A stretch of 64,000 nucleotides of DNA from Octopus sinensis (GCF_006345805.1 NC_043008.1:63488001-63552000), one strand, 5' to 3'; positions 12,564 to 24,412 are shown, numbered from the stretch's first letter. Notes: generated by a model not told the origin, from the letters alone. Made by a program: numbers and translations.

Positions 12564-12867
12564 TTGTTTGTTCCTTCTCGAGCCAGTCAAGGCTCATAAG
12601 GACCAGTTTCCTGGTTTCTTGGCGTATAGGTTCCCCACCTGGACAGGACGCTGGTCCGTCGCAGGTGAGCTGCAAGATGCAGGAGGAAAGAGCGAGAGAA
12701 AGTTGTGGCGAAAGAGTCAGCAGAAGTTTCGCCACTACCTTCTGCCAGAGCTGCGTGGAGCTTAGGTGTTTTGCTCATCAACACACACATCGCCCGGTCT
12801 GAGATTCTAACCTGCGATCCCTTGACCGTGAGTCTGCTGCTCTAAACACTAGGCCATGTGCCTCCAC
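12564..12867 (-). mobile_element. Family E tRNA-derived SINE (body resembles the Meta/V-type conserved SINE domain)
   Basis: Reverse complement of 14828-15133; contains ctgcgacggac..gcgtcc.gtccagg. Confidence 0.8.
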
Positions 12868-13127
12868 ACACACTCCCTTGTTTACACATGTGCACACACA
12901 CACACTCTTATACACAAACACATTCATGCACACACATGCCAATAGATACACACATGCACACAAACACACACGTGTGCGACTGGGTCTGTTCAGGTTCTGT
13001 GTACCAAACACACATGATGCTATGGCTGGCCTAAGACTATTGTAGACACTTGCCCACAGTGCAATACAGTGGGATTGAACCTGAAACCATGTGACTGGAA
13101 AGTATATTTTCAACTACTCCATCTTTT

Positions 13128-13440
13128 TCATCATAATCATCTTTTAACATCTGTTGTCCATGCTGGCTGCACCAGACTCCAGTCTGATTTGGCATGGTTT
13201 CTATGGCTGGATGCCCTTCTTAACACCAACCACTCCAAGAGTGTAGTGTGTGCTTTTATGTGCCACTGGCATGGGTGCCAGTTGTGTGACACCAATATCT
13301 GCCATGACTCTGATTTCATTTGGCTTGATGGGTCTTCTTCTCAAGCATGACGTATTGCCAAAGGTCTCGGTCATTTGTCATTGCCGCCATGAGACCCAAT
13401 GCTCAAAGGGTGCTTTTTATGTGCCACTGGTGTAGGTGCC
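13128..13440 (-). mobile_element. Family B retroposon
   Basis: catcttttaacatctgttgtccatgctgg...ggatgcccttctta; gtgcca/ggcat internal units. Confidence 0.75.
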
Positions 13441-13589
13441 AGTTATGCAATACTCGCATACTCCATAAAATATAAATATGATCAATCAATCACGCCTTGC
13501 TTTCTGCAACAGGATGCTTATAAACGCAATAAAGAGCAGTCTAAATGGAATGTATACCACAGTGTTGCCTTACTGGCACTTCTGCCCCA

Positions 13590-13975
13590 TGTTAGTAGGG
13601 TGTAAAGAGCACCATCCAAGCGTGACCATTGCCAGAGTGGCTAGCCGGCTTCTGTGCCAGTGGCACATAAAAGGCACCATTCACATTACCAGTGTCGCCT
13701 TACTGGCACCTGTGCCGGTGGCATGTGTAAAAAGATTCGAGCAAGGTCATTGCCAGTACCACCTGACTGGCCCCTGTGCCGGTGGCGTGTAAAAGCACCC
13801 ACTACACTCTCGGAGTGGTTGGCATTAGGAAGGGCATCCTGCTGTAGAAACTCTGCCAGATCAAGACTGGAGCCTGGTGCAGCCATCTGGTTCACCAACC
13901 CACAGTCAAATCGTCCAACCCATGCTAGCATGGAAAGCAGACGTTAAACGATGCTGATGATGATGATGATGATGA
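13590..13975 (+). mobile_element. Family B retroposon with internal ~60-bp repeats
   Basis: Repeated gtgcc.gtggca..taaaa.gcacc units, then the canonical tail and (GAT)n. Confidence 0.85.
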
Positions 13976-14099
13976 TTTTAAGGAAAGTGAAATGTTGGAA
14001 CAACATTTATCAAACAGTGTATTATAAGGATATATATATATATATCTTTATTAACAGGAGCCATCAAACAACACAGACTTAAGTTTGAGGGACATTGTT

Positions 14100-14290
14100 A
14101 GCAAAGAAAAGACAAATTTGTACGTCATCTACTGCTATGGAAACCATTGCATCATAAAAGAAGAAGCTGACCTTGTGTAACATATATGCAACAGCTATTA
14201 GAAGACAAACCTTGAAAAAAAATCTGTTTTACAGAGATGAGGAAGGACAGGTTTGAAGATGGAAGAGACTGGTCTATGAAATCTAAATGT
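14100..14290 (+). pseudogene. Decayed RTE LINE ORF 3' end
   Basis: LLLWKPLHHKRR..PCVTYMQQLLEDK resembles the RTE C-terminal LLWxPxHGxRxxGRPxxTYIxQLxxD motif. Confidence 0.55.
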
Positions 14291-14827
14291 GCTTGACATT
14301 GCAGATGCAGAGAAATGATTTCATGCAATTTCATGATTATTTATCTGTTCTGGTTAGTATGTAAGACAGAGAAAGAACATCTTTATTTGAATACGTTATT
14401 ACAACATTATTACAAAAATGTGAGTGAAGCAGTGAAGGACACAGCCATGCTTTACCAAAGATTGACTCCAAATAGATCAAATAAACGTGTCTTGTCCATT
14501 TGGTCCACTAGGAAATAATTCAAAATTTTGAATTATTACAATAGAGGTCCAAACCAAACCAAACCAAACCAAACCAAACCAAAAATATATAGGGTACAAA
14601 CAGAATCCGCACCATCAGCCCTCTATAAATAACAGCATCTTCATCATAATTGTCTGCAACTACTACCACTACTAAAATATGAGTCAGTGTTTCACATGTG
14701 AACATACCCTTGATGTCTCTCACTGTCTCTCCTTCTCTTGCTCTTCCCTCTGGCTAGATAATAATGTATCTCCTTTACAACACCTGTTTCTGTCCTCTTT
14801 TTTGTTAACTCTTCTTCCTCTATCTCC

Positions 14828-15133
14828 GTGGAGGCACATGGCCTAGTGGTTAGAGCAGCAGACTCGCAGTCGAGGGATCGTGGGTTCGAATCTCAGACAG
14901 GGCGATGTGTGTGTTTATGAGCGAAACACCTAAGCTCCACGTGGCTCCAGCAGAAGGTAATGGCAAACTTCTGTTGACTCTTTCACCACAACTTTCTCTT
15001 ACTCTTTCCTCCTGCATCTTGCAGCTCACCTGCGACAGACTGGTGTCCCGTCCAGGAGGGGAACCTATACGTCAAGGAAACCGGGAAACCGGCCCTTATG
15101 AGCCAGGCATGGCTCAAGAAGGAACAAACAAAC
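14828..15133 (+). mobile_element. Family E tRNA-derived SINE
   Basis: Box A TGGCCTAGTGG, box B GTTCGAATCT; tail gaaggaacaaacaaac. Confidence 0.85.
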
Positions 15134-15147
15134 AACCTCTCTCTCGC

Positions 15148-15367
15148 CAGGTAATCATGTACCTCCTCTGCAGCAAGACACCTTTTTCTGTCTCTCTGAC
15201 ACACTCCAGCCTTTCATCATCTAACACAAGATCACCTCCTCTAATGTCCCCAACCCTCAGGTAATCATGTACCTCCTCTGCAGCAAGACACCTTTTTCTG
15301 TCTCTCTGTCACACTCCAGCCTTTCATCATCTAACACAAGATCACCTCCTCTAATGTCCCCATCCCT
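15148..15367. repeat. 110-bp head-to-tail tandem duplication
   Basis: caggtaatcatgtacctcc... begins at 15148 and 15258; the copies differ at about 2 positions. Confidence 0.95.
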
Positions 15368-15679
15368 CTCAAAGATTCCTTGCTTTGCAAGTTACATGAT
15401 GATCCTGCCAGTGCTAGTACCACGTAAAATGCACTTGGTCCACTCTACAGGATGGTTGGTGTTAAGAAATGTATCCACCCTAAAAAAACTATGCCAAAAC
15501 TGACACAGAAGCCTGGTGCCATCTTCTGCCTGGCCAGCTCCTTTTAAACTGTCCAACCCATGCCAGCAATGGAAGGTGGATCTTAAACAATTATGATGAT
15601 GATGGTGGTGAATACATTGTTCGTGCTAAGAGATATATTTACAAGCCCATAAATACCGTAAAATTTTTCTTATTCTACA

Positions 15680-16000
15680 TCATCGTCATCATCATCATTG
15701 TTTAACGTCTGCTTTCCAAGCTGGCATGGGTTGGATGGTTTGACTGAGGCCTGGCAAGCCAGAAGGCTGCACTAGGGTGCAATCTGATCTGGCATGGTTT
15801 CTTCAGTAGGATGCCTTTCCTAACAACATTGTAATGGATACTTTCGATGTACCTCCAGCACAGGAGATAGTCAAGTGGCACTGGCACTGACTATGCTTAA
15901 ATAGTGCCTTTTAAGTGTCACTGGCATGAGAACCATTCAGGCAGCACTGGCAATGTCCACGCTCGAATGGTGCTTTTTACATGTCACTAGCACGGGAGCT
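15680..16000 (-). mobile_element. Family B retroposon
   Basis: (CAT)n then tttaacgtctgctttcc...ggatgcctttccta and degenerate ~60-bp units. Confidence 0.75.
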
Positions 16001-16310
16001 AGGTAATGAATTTCCATTTTAAATTCAGACTTGTTCTTATACTTTTTTAATGCATGGGTGACCAAGATACACTTATCTTCCTCATTACAGAATCATTGAC
16101 CAAAATATGTCAAATTTCTTGATGTAAAATCTATTTTACCTTTGACTTCCATCAAGCAATGACGTGGAAGAGAAAGAGAAAACAAGATTCATTTTAGGAT
16201 GTCCACATTATGGTAAAATTTACAGGAATGCTACACTTCAGTGTCTTCAACTATAGTTCCATGCTGACCAAAGATTTGAAAATCTAAGCAACAGGTAAAC
16301 CTCTATTGTA

Positions 16311-17047
16311 TTGGGTTGTCTGGAAAGTTTGTGCCGATTTTTAAAGAAAAGAAAAAGGTCAATAAATACTTGCCATTACATTTTTAATTAACCAAATACG
16401 AACCACTTTGCTGCATCTCCATCTTTCCTTTAACTTGAAAATACCCTCTTTCCAGAATCGAGGTGGTTTCATGACAAAAAATTCATCAAGGTATCTTTTT
16501 ACGTCATCCAAAGAATTGAAATTTTTACCTGAATAAGTCGAAATCCAAAGGAGCAATATCTGGTGAATATGGAAGGCAGGGGTAACACATCCCAGCTGAG
16601 CTGCAGCAACTTTTGTCTGGTTCCCAAAGCATCAAGTGCCGAAAATGAACTTTCTTATCTTCCATTTTACAAGGTTACAGAATTAACATGGGTAATAGTG
16701 TGGTTAGGGAGCTTGCTTCCTAGCTACATGGTTTCGGGTTCAGTCCCACTGCGTGGCACTTTGGGTAGGTGTCTTCCACTATAGCCCCGAGCCAACCGGA
16801 GCTTTGTGATTGAATTCGGTAGGTGGAAGTTACTGCCATGTGTGTATTATGTGCGTGTAGGTGCTTGTGCCTCTCCGAAAGAGAGAGAGAGGGAATAGGA
16901 ACATAAACCTTCTTCCACGCAAAGATAGCTTAAAATGTGCTCTAAATGGAGGTGTAGTCAAATCCTATTTTATGAACTCAACCATGTTCTAAAATAAGTT
17001 GAAATGTAGGCTACTATAAATCGGCACAAACTTTCCAGACAACCCAA
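16311..17047 (-). mobile_element. Internally deleted mariner (DD34D-type) element with a SINE fragment inserted
   Basis: 30-bp TIR TTGGGTTGTCTGGAAAGTTTGTGCCGATTT at both ends, TA flanks; minus strand retains WDVL..PYSPDIAP and GKNFNSLDDVKRYLDEFF...FWKEGIFKLKERWR; family A fragment at about 16688-16860. Confidence 0.92.
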
Positions 17048-17964
17048 TATATTTATCAAACTCATGCTAGGATGGAAAAACAGACGTGAGAACTAAAAAT
17101 GAATGATAAATCAAATGAACAACAAATTTTAGTTTTCTATAGTTGCATTTCCGTGTTTCTTTCTTTCTCATGGTTTCTTTATAATGTACCATTTATATGA
17201 GGAACCATTTCAATTTAGAGATTTGAATCCACTTAGTGCTATAGTCTTGACAATCACCAATATTTCAATATTTGCTCTCCTAATTGGCTTAGGTGTGACA
17301 TAAATATTTGGCAACAGTTTACAGATACAAAGAAGGAGATAATGAACTTTTTCAAACCAGTAATGAGAAATAAACTTGTTTATTGGAACATTTTAGCCTC
17401 TAACTTGTTTTGAAGATCATAAATCAATATCCAATATTATATTGATGTTTTATTGCTCTGTTAAAAAGATAGAATAGCAAACAAATTAGAACTAAAGTTA
17501 AATGTTTCATAATTTCTTTTATTATTGCACTGGCATATTAAGTTAAACTGTCCTTTATGAATTCTATTCTAATCAGTGAGCCATCATACAGCAATTTTCT
17601 CCTCCACCTAACCTTCTCTAATTTATAACTTCCCCTCCTGCCTATCTAATATAGCTTAACCATTTTAACTATCATTACACAAGCTAACAAGTGAGAGAGA
17701 GAGTGCCTCTACATGGTCTTTTGATCTACGAAAAGTAGCAACCAAAATCTTTCTCAAATCAGTCTTTACTGTCTCAAAATTAACCCTTTTACTACAGAAA
17801 GCAGATGTATTCACTCAAAATTTCGTAACCCTAACTGCGGAAAGCAGTTTTATATATCAGTATCATGTTTGAAACTATTTTCTGCTGAGATATGTCAAGT
17901 TTATTAAGGCAAGGGAACTCGCAGAAAACTCCAGTTCTATTTTTCATAAGATCATCATCCTCAT

Positions 17965-18150
17965 CCTCATCATCATCATCATCATTTAGCATTCATTTTC
18001 CATGCTGGTATGGGTTGGAGAGTTTGACTAAAACTGGTAAGCTGGAGGGCTGCACTGGGTTCCAGTCCATTGTAGCATGGTTTCTGCTGCTGGATGATCT
18101 TCTTAACACCAACCACCCCAAGAGTGTAATGGGTACATTTTACTTGCTAC
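17965..18150 (-). mobile_element. Family B retroposon 3' fragment
   Basis: (CAT)n-ttagcattcattttccatgctggtatgggttgg...aacaccaaccac. Confidence 0.7.
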
Positions 18151-18389
18151 CAGCACGGAGTATATGTAGTATTATTACTGGAATAACAATGAAATTCAAT
18201 TTCACAACTTCAGGGTTGAATAAAGAAAGGATATGTGAGGTAAAGTAGTTATACAAATCTAAATTCATGCATGATGGTCATGGCAGGAATACTTTGATCA
18301 TAATGTATCAGTGTGTAGAGTTGGCCTTGGGTTAAATATCTACAGCAACAGTTTGTGAATACAATGAAATACTACACTGCATGCAATTT

Positions 18390-18750
18390 GTACTTAATTT
18401 ATTGACCCCGAAAGGACGAAAGCAAAGTTGACCTCAGTGGAATTTGAACTCAGAACATGGAGACAGACGAAATACCACTAAGCATTTCGCCCAGTGGGCT
18501 AACGTTTCTGCCAGCTCACCACCTTAAACATTATTCTTTCCTACTCTAGGTATAAGGCCCAAGATTTTTGGCGAGTGGGCCAGTCAATTAGATTGACCCC
18601 AGTAAGCAACTGGTACTTAATTTATCGACCTTGAAAGGATGAAGGGCAAAGTTGACCTTGGCAGAATTTGAACTCAAAACATAAAGACAGACGAAATTCT
18701 GCTAAGCATTTCGCCAGGTGTGCTAACATTTCTGCCAGCTTGCCACCTAT
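18390..18750 (-). mobile_element. Two tandem family C SINE copies
   Basis: Two runs of gaatttgaactc...ctaagcatttcgcc...gtttctgccagct. Confidence 0.8.
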
Positions 18751-20191
18751 TCAAAGAGTTAATATTGAGCTATATTTGATAACCAGTTGACCTAGCAAGT
18801 GGGGCCTCATGTCAGTGAGTGGGGCTAGTGCACAATGATGCCGTCAAGAGATAGGCCCCGAAACAGTGCACATTCTCTCCTGATGACCCCATACACTTGC
18901 TAACTTCTGGTATGCAGAGATTTTGACAGGTAACACTTGCATGTGCAAGTTGTTTGCAACTACGAACAGAACATAGATTTGATCTATAATACTCCATGTT
19001 AGGAGCACTGCATACTTCCACTGCATCAATCTGTCACATTTTACAGCTGAATTTTCTCTCTGAAAATGCACCAAAGATTAACTCTACTGATAAGAGAATA
19101 AATTCTTTCAGCATTTCTTTCTATTTGAATCATAGTTTTGACTTTTTGGTATTTTTGCAGTAATTAGATTTTTAAAAAGAAAGAAATAATATCCTTCATG
19201 CTTTTGCTAAGATCTTTAGTGACATGTATGTTTTGAAAACCTTTTATTTATTTTTATTTTTAAATAACATGAAATTATGGAGGATAAAGAGATCTGACCT
19301 TTGAAAAATTACAATTACACCAACTAAATGTAATTAATCTCACTGCTACAAATTTTAATTAACTTTGCTAAGAACCTTTAATCTACCAAACGTACAATCC
19401 AATGAGGGAGCTCTTAAGCTAGTCAATCAACACATTTCCACTGCATTAATTCTGAAATCATATGTCAGAGTACCTTAAGGCAACATACTAAATACAGATA
19501 CAACCATAAAAACTAGGATACTAATGAGATATTTATAAAATACACTCAATACGCAAGTGATAGTGTTAAATTAATATTCATCATATAATTATTATTATTA
19601 TCATTGATGTTACTGTTATTAGCTAGCAGAATAATTAGAACAGCAGGAAAAAACGCCTCGGAGTGTTTCTTCTAGTTCTTTATGTTTTGGGTTCAAATAT
19701 CACTGAAACTAATTTGTTTCTCTTTCCCTCCACAGTCAATAAAAAAAATGTACTAATCAAGTACTGAATCAATGGTATCTATGACTAGCCTCCACCCTGC
19801 ATAACTACTGACAATGTGCCAAAGCTAGAAATCATCATCATCATCATCACTGTTGTATTATTTGTTTCACTTTCTAAACAGAATTTTATCTTAATTCATT
19901 TCATCCTTGCATATTTTTTCACTATAAATATCAACAATTTGGGATATTATATCTTTTATCTTTTACTTTTCTCCATCCTTATACTGCATCCATGGTGTGG
20001 AAACCACCTTGAATGGTCCAGTCAAGTAAATCGGACCTAATACTTAGACTTTTAGCTTCTTTTTGCCAAACTGCTTAGTTACAAGGAAAAAGACACACAC
20101 ATATAGATACACACACACATTTTATATATATATATAATTTAATTTATATATATATAATTTAATTTATATATATATAATAATAATAATAATG

Positions 20192-20247
<56 letters not shown>

Positions 20248-20275
20248 TAATAATAATAATAATAATGATAATATT

Positions 20276-20415
20276 AGGGAGTATATCCAAACTTACAGGG
20301 AAAAATTTTGATTTAGGATTAAATCAAATTTCACAGTATAAATATAAATTAAATTAGAGATAAAACCACTATTAGGCAACTTGAGTTGCCTAATAGCGGT
20401 TTTATCTCTAATTTA

Positions 20416-20419
<4 letters not shown>
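20276..20419. repeat. Short AT-rich element ending in a 36-bp fold-back, between (AAT)n and (TA)n
   Basis: Arms 20346-20381 and 20384-20419, 35/36 identical, 2-nt spacer. Confidence 0.8.
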
Positions 20420-20453
<34 letters not shown>

Positions 20454-21111
20454 CTATATCTGGATATCCTTGTTGCTTATTTTGATTTTAATCACCTTAT
20501 TTTGAAATTGTATGGATAATACCATACTAAATTCTGGTGCCTCATCTTCAGTACCATATTCATGTGAATCTAAATTTTTCTACATCTGTCTGTCTGTCTA
20601 TCTATCTATCACTATCAAAGGTAAAAAATACAACAAACAAAAATTGTCAAAACGTAACAAGCAGGAAGAGGATGATAGCACAGCATCAACATACAGGATA
20701 AAACAAGATACACGAATCATTCGCAGACAATTTCTTCTTCAGTTGGGGTCTGGAATGTCTACATAGTTTCGCCCTATCTTCACTGATACTACTTGAAACC
20801 AGTTGGCCCAAGGGCTTAAACTGAAGGCATTAAGCCCTTGAGCAAGGCAAATGAACGTACATATACAAACACAAGGAAATAACAAACAGAAAAGGTCTTT
20901 TGACTATCAGATGAACATAAGAAATAAAATTATACAGATACAATGGACAAAAGCCTTTCGGGTATACAACAAAATTAAAACAAGGCAGAGTCTTTTGATT
21001 ATCAGATAGTGTAGTAAGCTAGCACAAAAAATAAAAGATAAAAAGTAGTTGAAATATAACAAAGAGTTAAGTGCAGTATCATAATGTTGCCTTTTTCTAT
21101 GATATTAATAA

Positions 21112-21325
21112 TACAGATTTGGCCAAAAGTCACCTGACAATAAATCAAAACCATTTAATTCCAAGATTTATTTATGTTCAGCAACAGAAGGAATTTAATA
21201 AAGGCACCTAAATATGAAACATCATGAAAATTGTTCAAACTGAAATCCTTCTGGTAAACATCATTGGAAGGAATAAATAAAATTGAATATTGAGTATTTA
21301 TGGAACTTTTGATTTACTGTCGGGT
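21112..21325. mobile_element. Tc1/mariner-type MITE copy 1 (right end truncated)
   Basis: Left TIR tacagatttggccaaaagtcacc; body matches the other three copies. Confidence 0.8.
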
Positions 21326-21438
21326 AATATATATATACACACACACACATATATATGCATATATATATATATAAATATACATATATACACAGACACATAC
21401 ATATATATATATATATAAATATACATATATACACAGAC

Positions 21439-21471
<33 letters not shown>

Positions 21472-21501
21472 ATATACATACATACACAGACACATACATA
21501 T

Positions 21502-21548
<47 letters not shown>

Positions 21549-21554
<6 letters not shown>

Positions 21555-21761
21555 TGGGCAAAAGTCAGCTGAGAGTAAATCAAAGCCACTTCATTCCAAG
21601 ATTTATTTCGTTAACAACTGAATGAATTTAATAAAACCATCTAAATATGAAACTTCATGAAAATTGTTCAATCTGAAGTCCTTGAAAACATTTATAATAG
21701 CAAAAGCGAAGTATTTATGGAATTTTGATTTACTGTTGGGTGACTTTTGGCCAACCCTGTA
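21549..21761. mobile_element. Tc1/mariner-type MITE copy 2
   Basis: TIRs tagggttgggcaaaagtcagc and ggtgacttttggccaaccctgta; TA flanks. Confidence 0.88.
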
Positions 21762-21764
21762 TAT

Positions 21765-22181
21765 ACTCTTTACTCTCTTTTCACTCTTTTACTTGTTTCA
21801 TTCATCTGACTGCGGCCATGCTGGAGCACCGCCTTTAGTCGAGCAAATCGATCCCAGGACTTATTCTTTATAAGCCTAGTACTTATTCTATTGGTCTCTT
21901 TTGCCGAACCGCTAAGTTATGATGACATAAACACACCAGCATCGGTTGTCAAGCGATGCTGGAGAGACAATCACAGACATACAAACATATACAAACACAC
22001 ACACACATATATATATATACATATACGACTGGATTCTTTCAGTTCCTGTCAACCAAATCCATTCACAAGGCTTTGGTTGACCCAAGGCTATTGTAGAAGA
22101 TACTTGCCCAAGGTGCCACGCAGTGGGACTGAACCCGGAACCATGTGGTTGGTAAACAAGCTACTTACCACACAGCCACTC
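21765..22181 (-). mobile_element. Family A SINE, full length
   Basis: High similarity to the reverse complement of 46128-46536. Confidence 0.9.
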
Positions 22182-22539
22182 ATACATATATTCTTATTCT
22201 TTTACACCCTTCCTCTATGTCATCCTCTCCTTACTATATACCATTCTCATTTTCCTTATTTGTCTCTGATTATAGAATATCCCATACTCAGTGATATCCC
22301 AGAAACAGCTGGAAGACTTTGAATTTTTTCCAATAATAATATTGTATATGATTTGTGATATTTGCCTTGCCTTAATGTTTGTTGTCCTCTTTAACAATTA
22401 TATATCTTGTGCATCTGAAATCTGCAATGGCTCCATAACTACCATCTCGGCTGCAACCTTGGAGCCCTAGTAATCTATTACAGCACTTACTTAGCATACC
22501 TAATCATTTAGATCACCTGTGAACTAAACCCCCATACTT

Positions 22540-22584
<45 letters not shown>

Positions 22585-22586
<2 letters not shown>

Positions 22587-22869
22587 GTAAAAAGCACCAT
22601 CCGTTCATGGCCGTTGCCAGACTCGCCTGGCCCCCGTGCCGGTGGCACGTAAAAAGCACCATCCGTCCGTGGCCGTTTGCCAGCTCAGTCTGGCACCTGT
22701 GCGGGTGGCACGTAAAAAGCACCCACTACACTCACGGAGTGGTTGGCGTTAGGAAGGGCATCCAGCCGTAGAAACATTGCCAGATCAGACTGGGCCTGAT
22801 GCAGCCTTCTGGCTTCACAGACCCCAGTTGAACCGCCCAATCCATGCTAGCATGGAAAGCGGACGCTAA

Positions 22870-22900
<31 letters not shown>
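22585..22900 (+). mobile_element. Family B retroposon
   Basis: cacgtaaaaagcacc units in three copies; canonical tail; (GAT)n. Confidence 0.88.
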
Positions 22901-22901
<1 letters not shown>

Positions 22902-22932
22902 ATATATATATATATATACACACAAAATCAAG

Positions 22933-23166
22933 AGGAATGACCACTAAAGTGGATATCTAACATGCTAAACATAAATGTCAAATTGCCATTACCATGAAGA
23001 ATGTGTTCTCTAGAAAAATCTCAGCAAAATGCCTAAATGTAAAAACGAGCAAGACAAATGAAAATATATGAAATATAAAACGTAGGTAATGATTTTTTTG
23101 TTCGTGGAAATGGCGATTTGACATCTATGTTTAGCATATTAGATGTCCACTTTAGTGGTCATTCCT
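22933..23166. mobile_element. MITE with ~66-bp TIRs
   Basis: aggaatgaccactaaagtgg...ccattaccatgaa versus ttcgtggaaatggcg...ccactttagtggtcattcct (about 6 mismatches); TSD not resolved. Confidence 0.8.
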
Positions 23167-23449
23167 ATTAATTTTGTATGTAACACAATTTTTAATCTTC
23201 GGCTTTTTTTTAAATATGCTAAGCCACTGGTTTTTAATTGATTAATATCAATTTCTACCCTTATTATTTAATTTTAATCTTATATGTATATATATATATA
23301 TGATTTATAAGTAAGGGCAAAAGAAAAAATTTCTAATGCCAAAATATGCCGAAAATAGACACAGCGCCAATAACCATGTAATTTATCACTACAAGCACGT
23401 GTCTCAAAGAAAGCCGACAGAAATTTCTAAAAAAATCCCGTTATTACCA

Positions 23450-23503
23450 TATCGGACCTGATTTCAGAGTTAGTTCATAAGAACCTTCCCTTCATCAGTG
23501 ATA
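23450..23503 (-). ncRNA. Candidate minimal type I hammerhead ribozyme within a ~240-bp (TA)n-flanked element
   Basis: Minus strand tatca-CTGATGA-agggaaggttc ttat gaactaactct-GAAA-tcagg-TC-cgata: intact core, 4+5 bp stem II, minimal stem III, 4-bp stem I with an A.C mismatch at the closing pair. Confidence 0.55.
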
Positions 23504-23578
23504 AATGCGGCCAAGAAATAAGTTAAATACTTACTTATACCCATGGATATATATATTATATATATATATACATGTATA

Positions 23579-23814
23579 TACAGCGTTGGCCAAAGTCACC
23601 TGACAGTAAATCACGATCATTTAATTCCAAGATTTTTTTATGTTTAACAACTGAATGAATTTCATAAAAGCATCTAAATATGGAACTTCATGAAAATTGT
23701 TCAATCTGAAGTCCTTCTTGAAAACATTTATAATTGGAATGAATAAATAAAACTGAATACTTAGTATTTATGGAATTTTGATTTACTCTCAGGTTACTTT
23801 TGGCCAACCCTGTA
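23579..23814. mobile_element. Tc1/mariner-type MITE copy 3
   Basis: tacagcgttggccaaagtcacc ... ggttacttttggccaaccctgta. Confidence 0.88.
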
Positions 23815-24039
23815 TATATATATACATATATATATAGTCAATAATAATAAAGGGTAAAATTAATTAATAATCTTACCATGTAGTTCAGTATGTTAAAAGA
23901 ACCTTTGTCAGTAAACTTATACAAAAATTATTATAATTATAACCATAATTATAATTAGGGCTTAGCAAAATTGCTGCACCACACACCGAAATTTAGAAAT
24001 AGCAGTTAGATACTATTCTACTACCATAAGATATCTTCC

Positions 24040-24081
<42 letters not shown>

Positions 24082-24084
<3 letters not shown>

Positions 24085-24267
24085 GGTCCCGGGTTGAGTC
24101 GGGGTTAACCACAGTAAATAAGGTACTCAATACATAGCAGAGTAAATTAATTTATTTTATAGAAGGAGCTTCTACAGGACTAGAACTGTTTCATTCAAAT
24201 GAAATCATCAGGCTGATGATTTCATTTGAATGAAACAGTTCTAGTCCTGTAGAAGCTCCTTCTATAA

Positions 24268-24276
<9 letters not shown>
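24082..24276. repeat. (TA)n-embedded element ending in a perfect 64-bp palindrome
   Basis: 24148-24211 is the exact reverse complement of 24213-24276; 1-nt spacer. Confidence 0.92.
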
Positions 24277-24314
<38 letters not shown>

Positions 24315-24335
24315 TATATATATATATATATACAT

Positions 24336-24394
<59 letters not shown>

Positions 24395-24412
24395 CATACA
24401 CACACATATATA

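Noticed and set aside
20809-20840. 11-bp perfect hairpin caagggcttaa/ttaagcccttg as a terminator
   Set aside because: Eukaryotic context, no U-tract, probably part of an unclassified repeat
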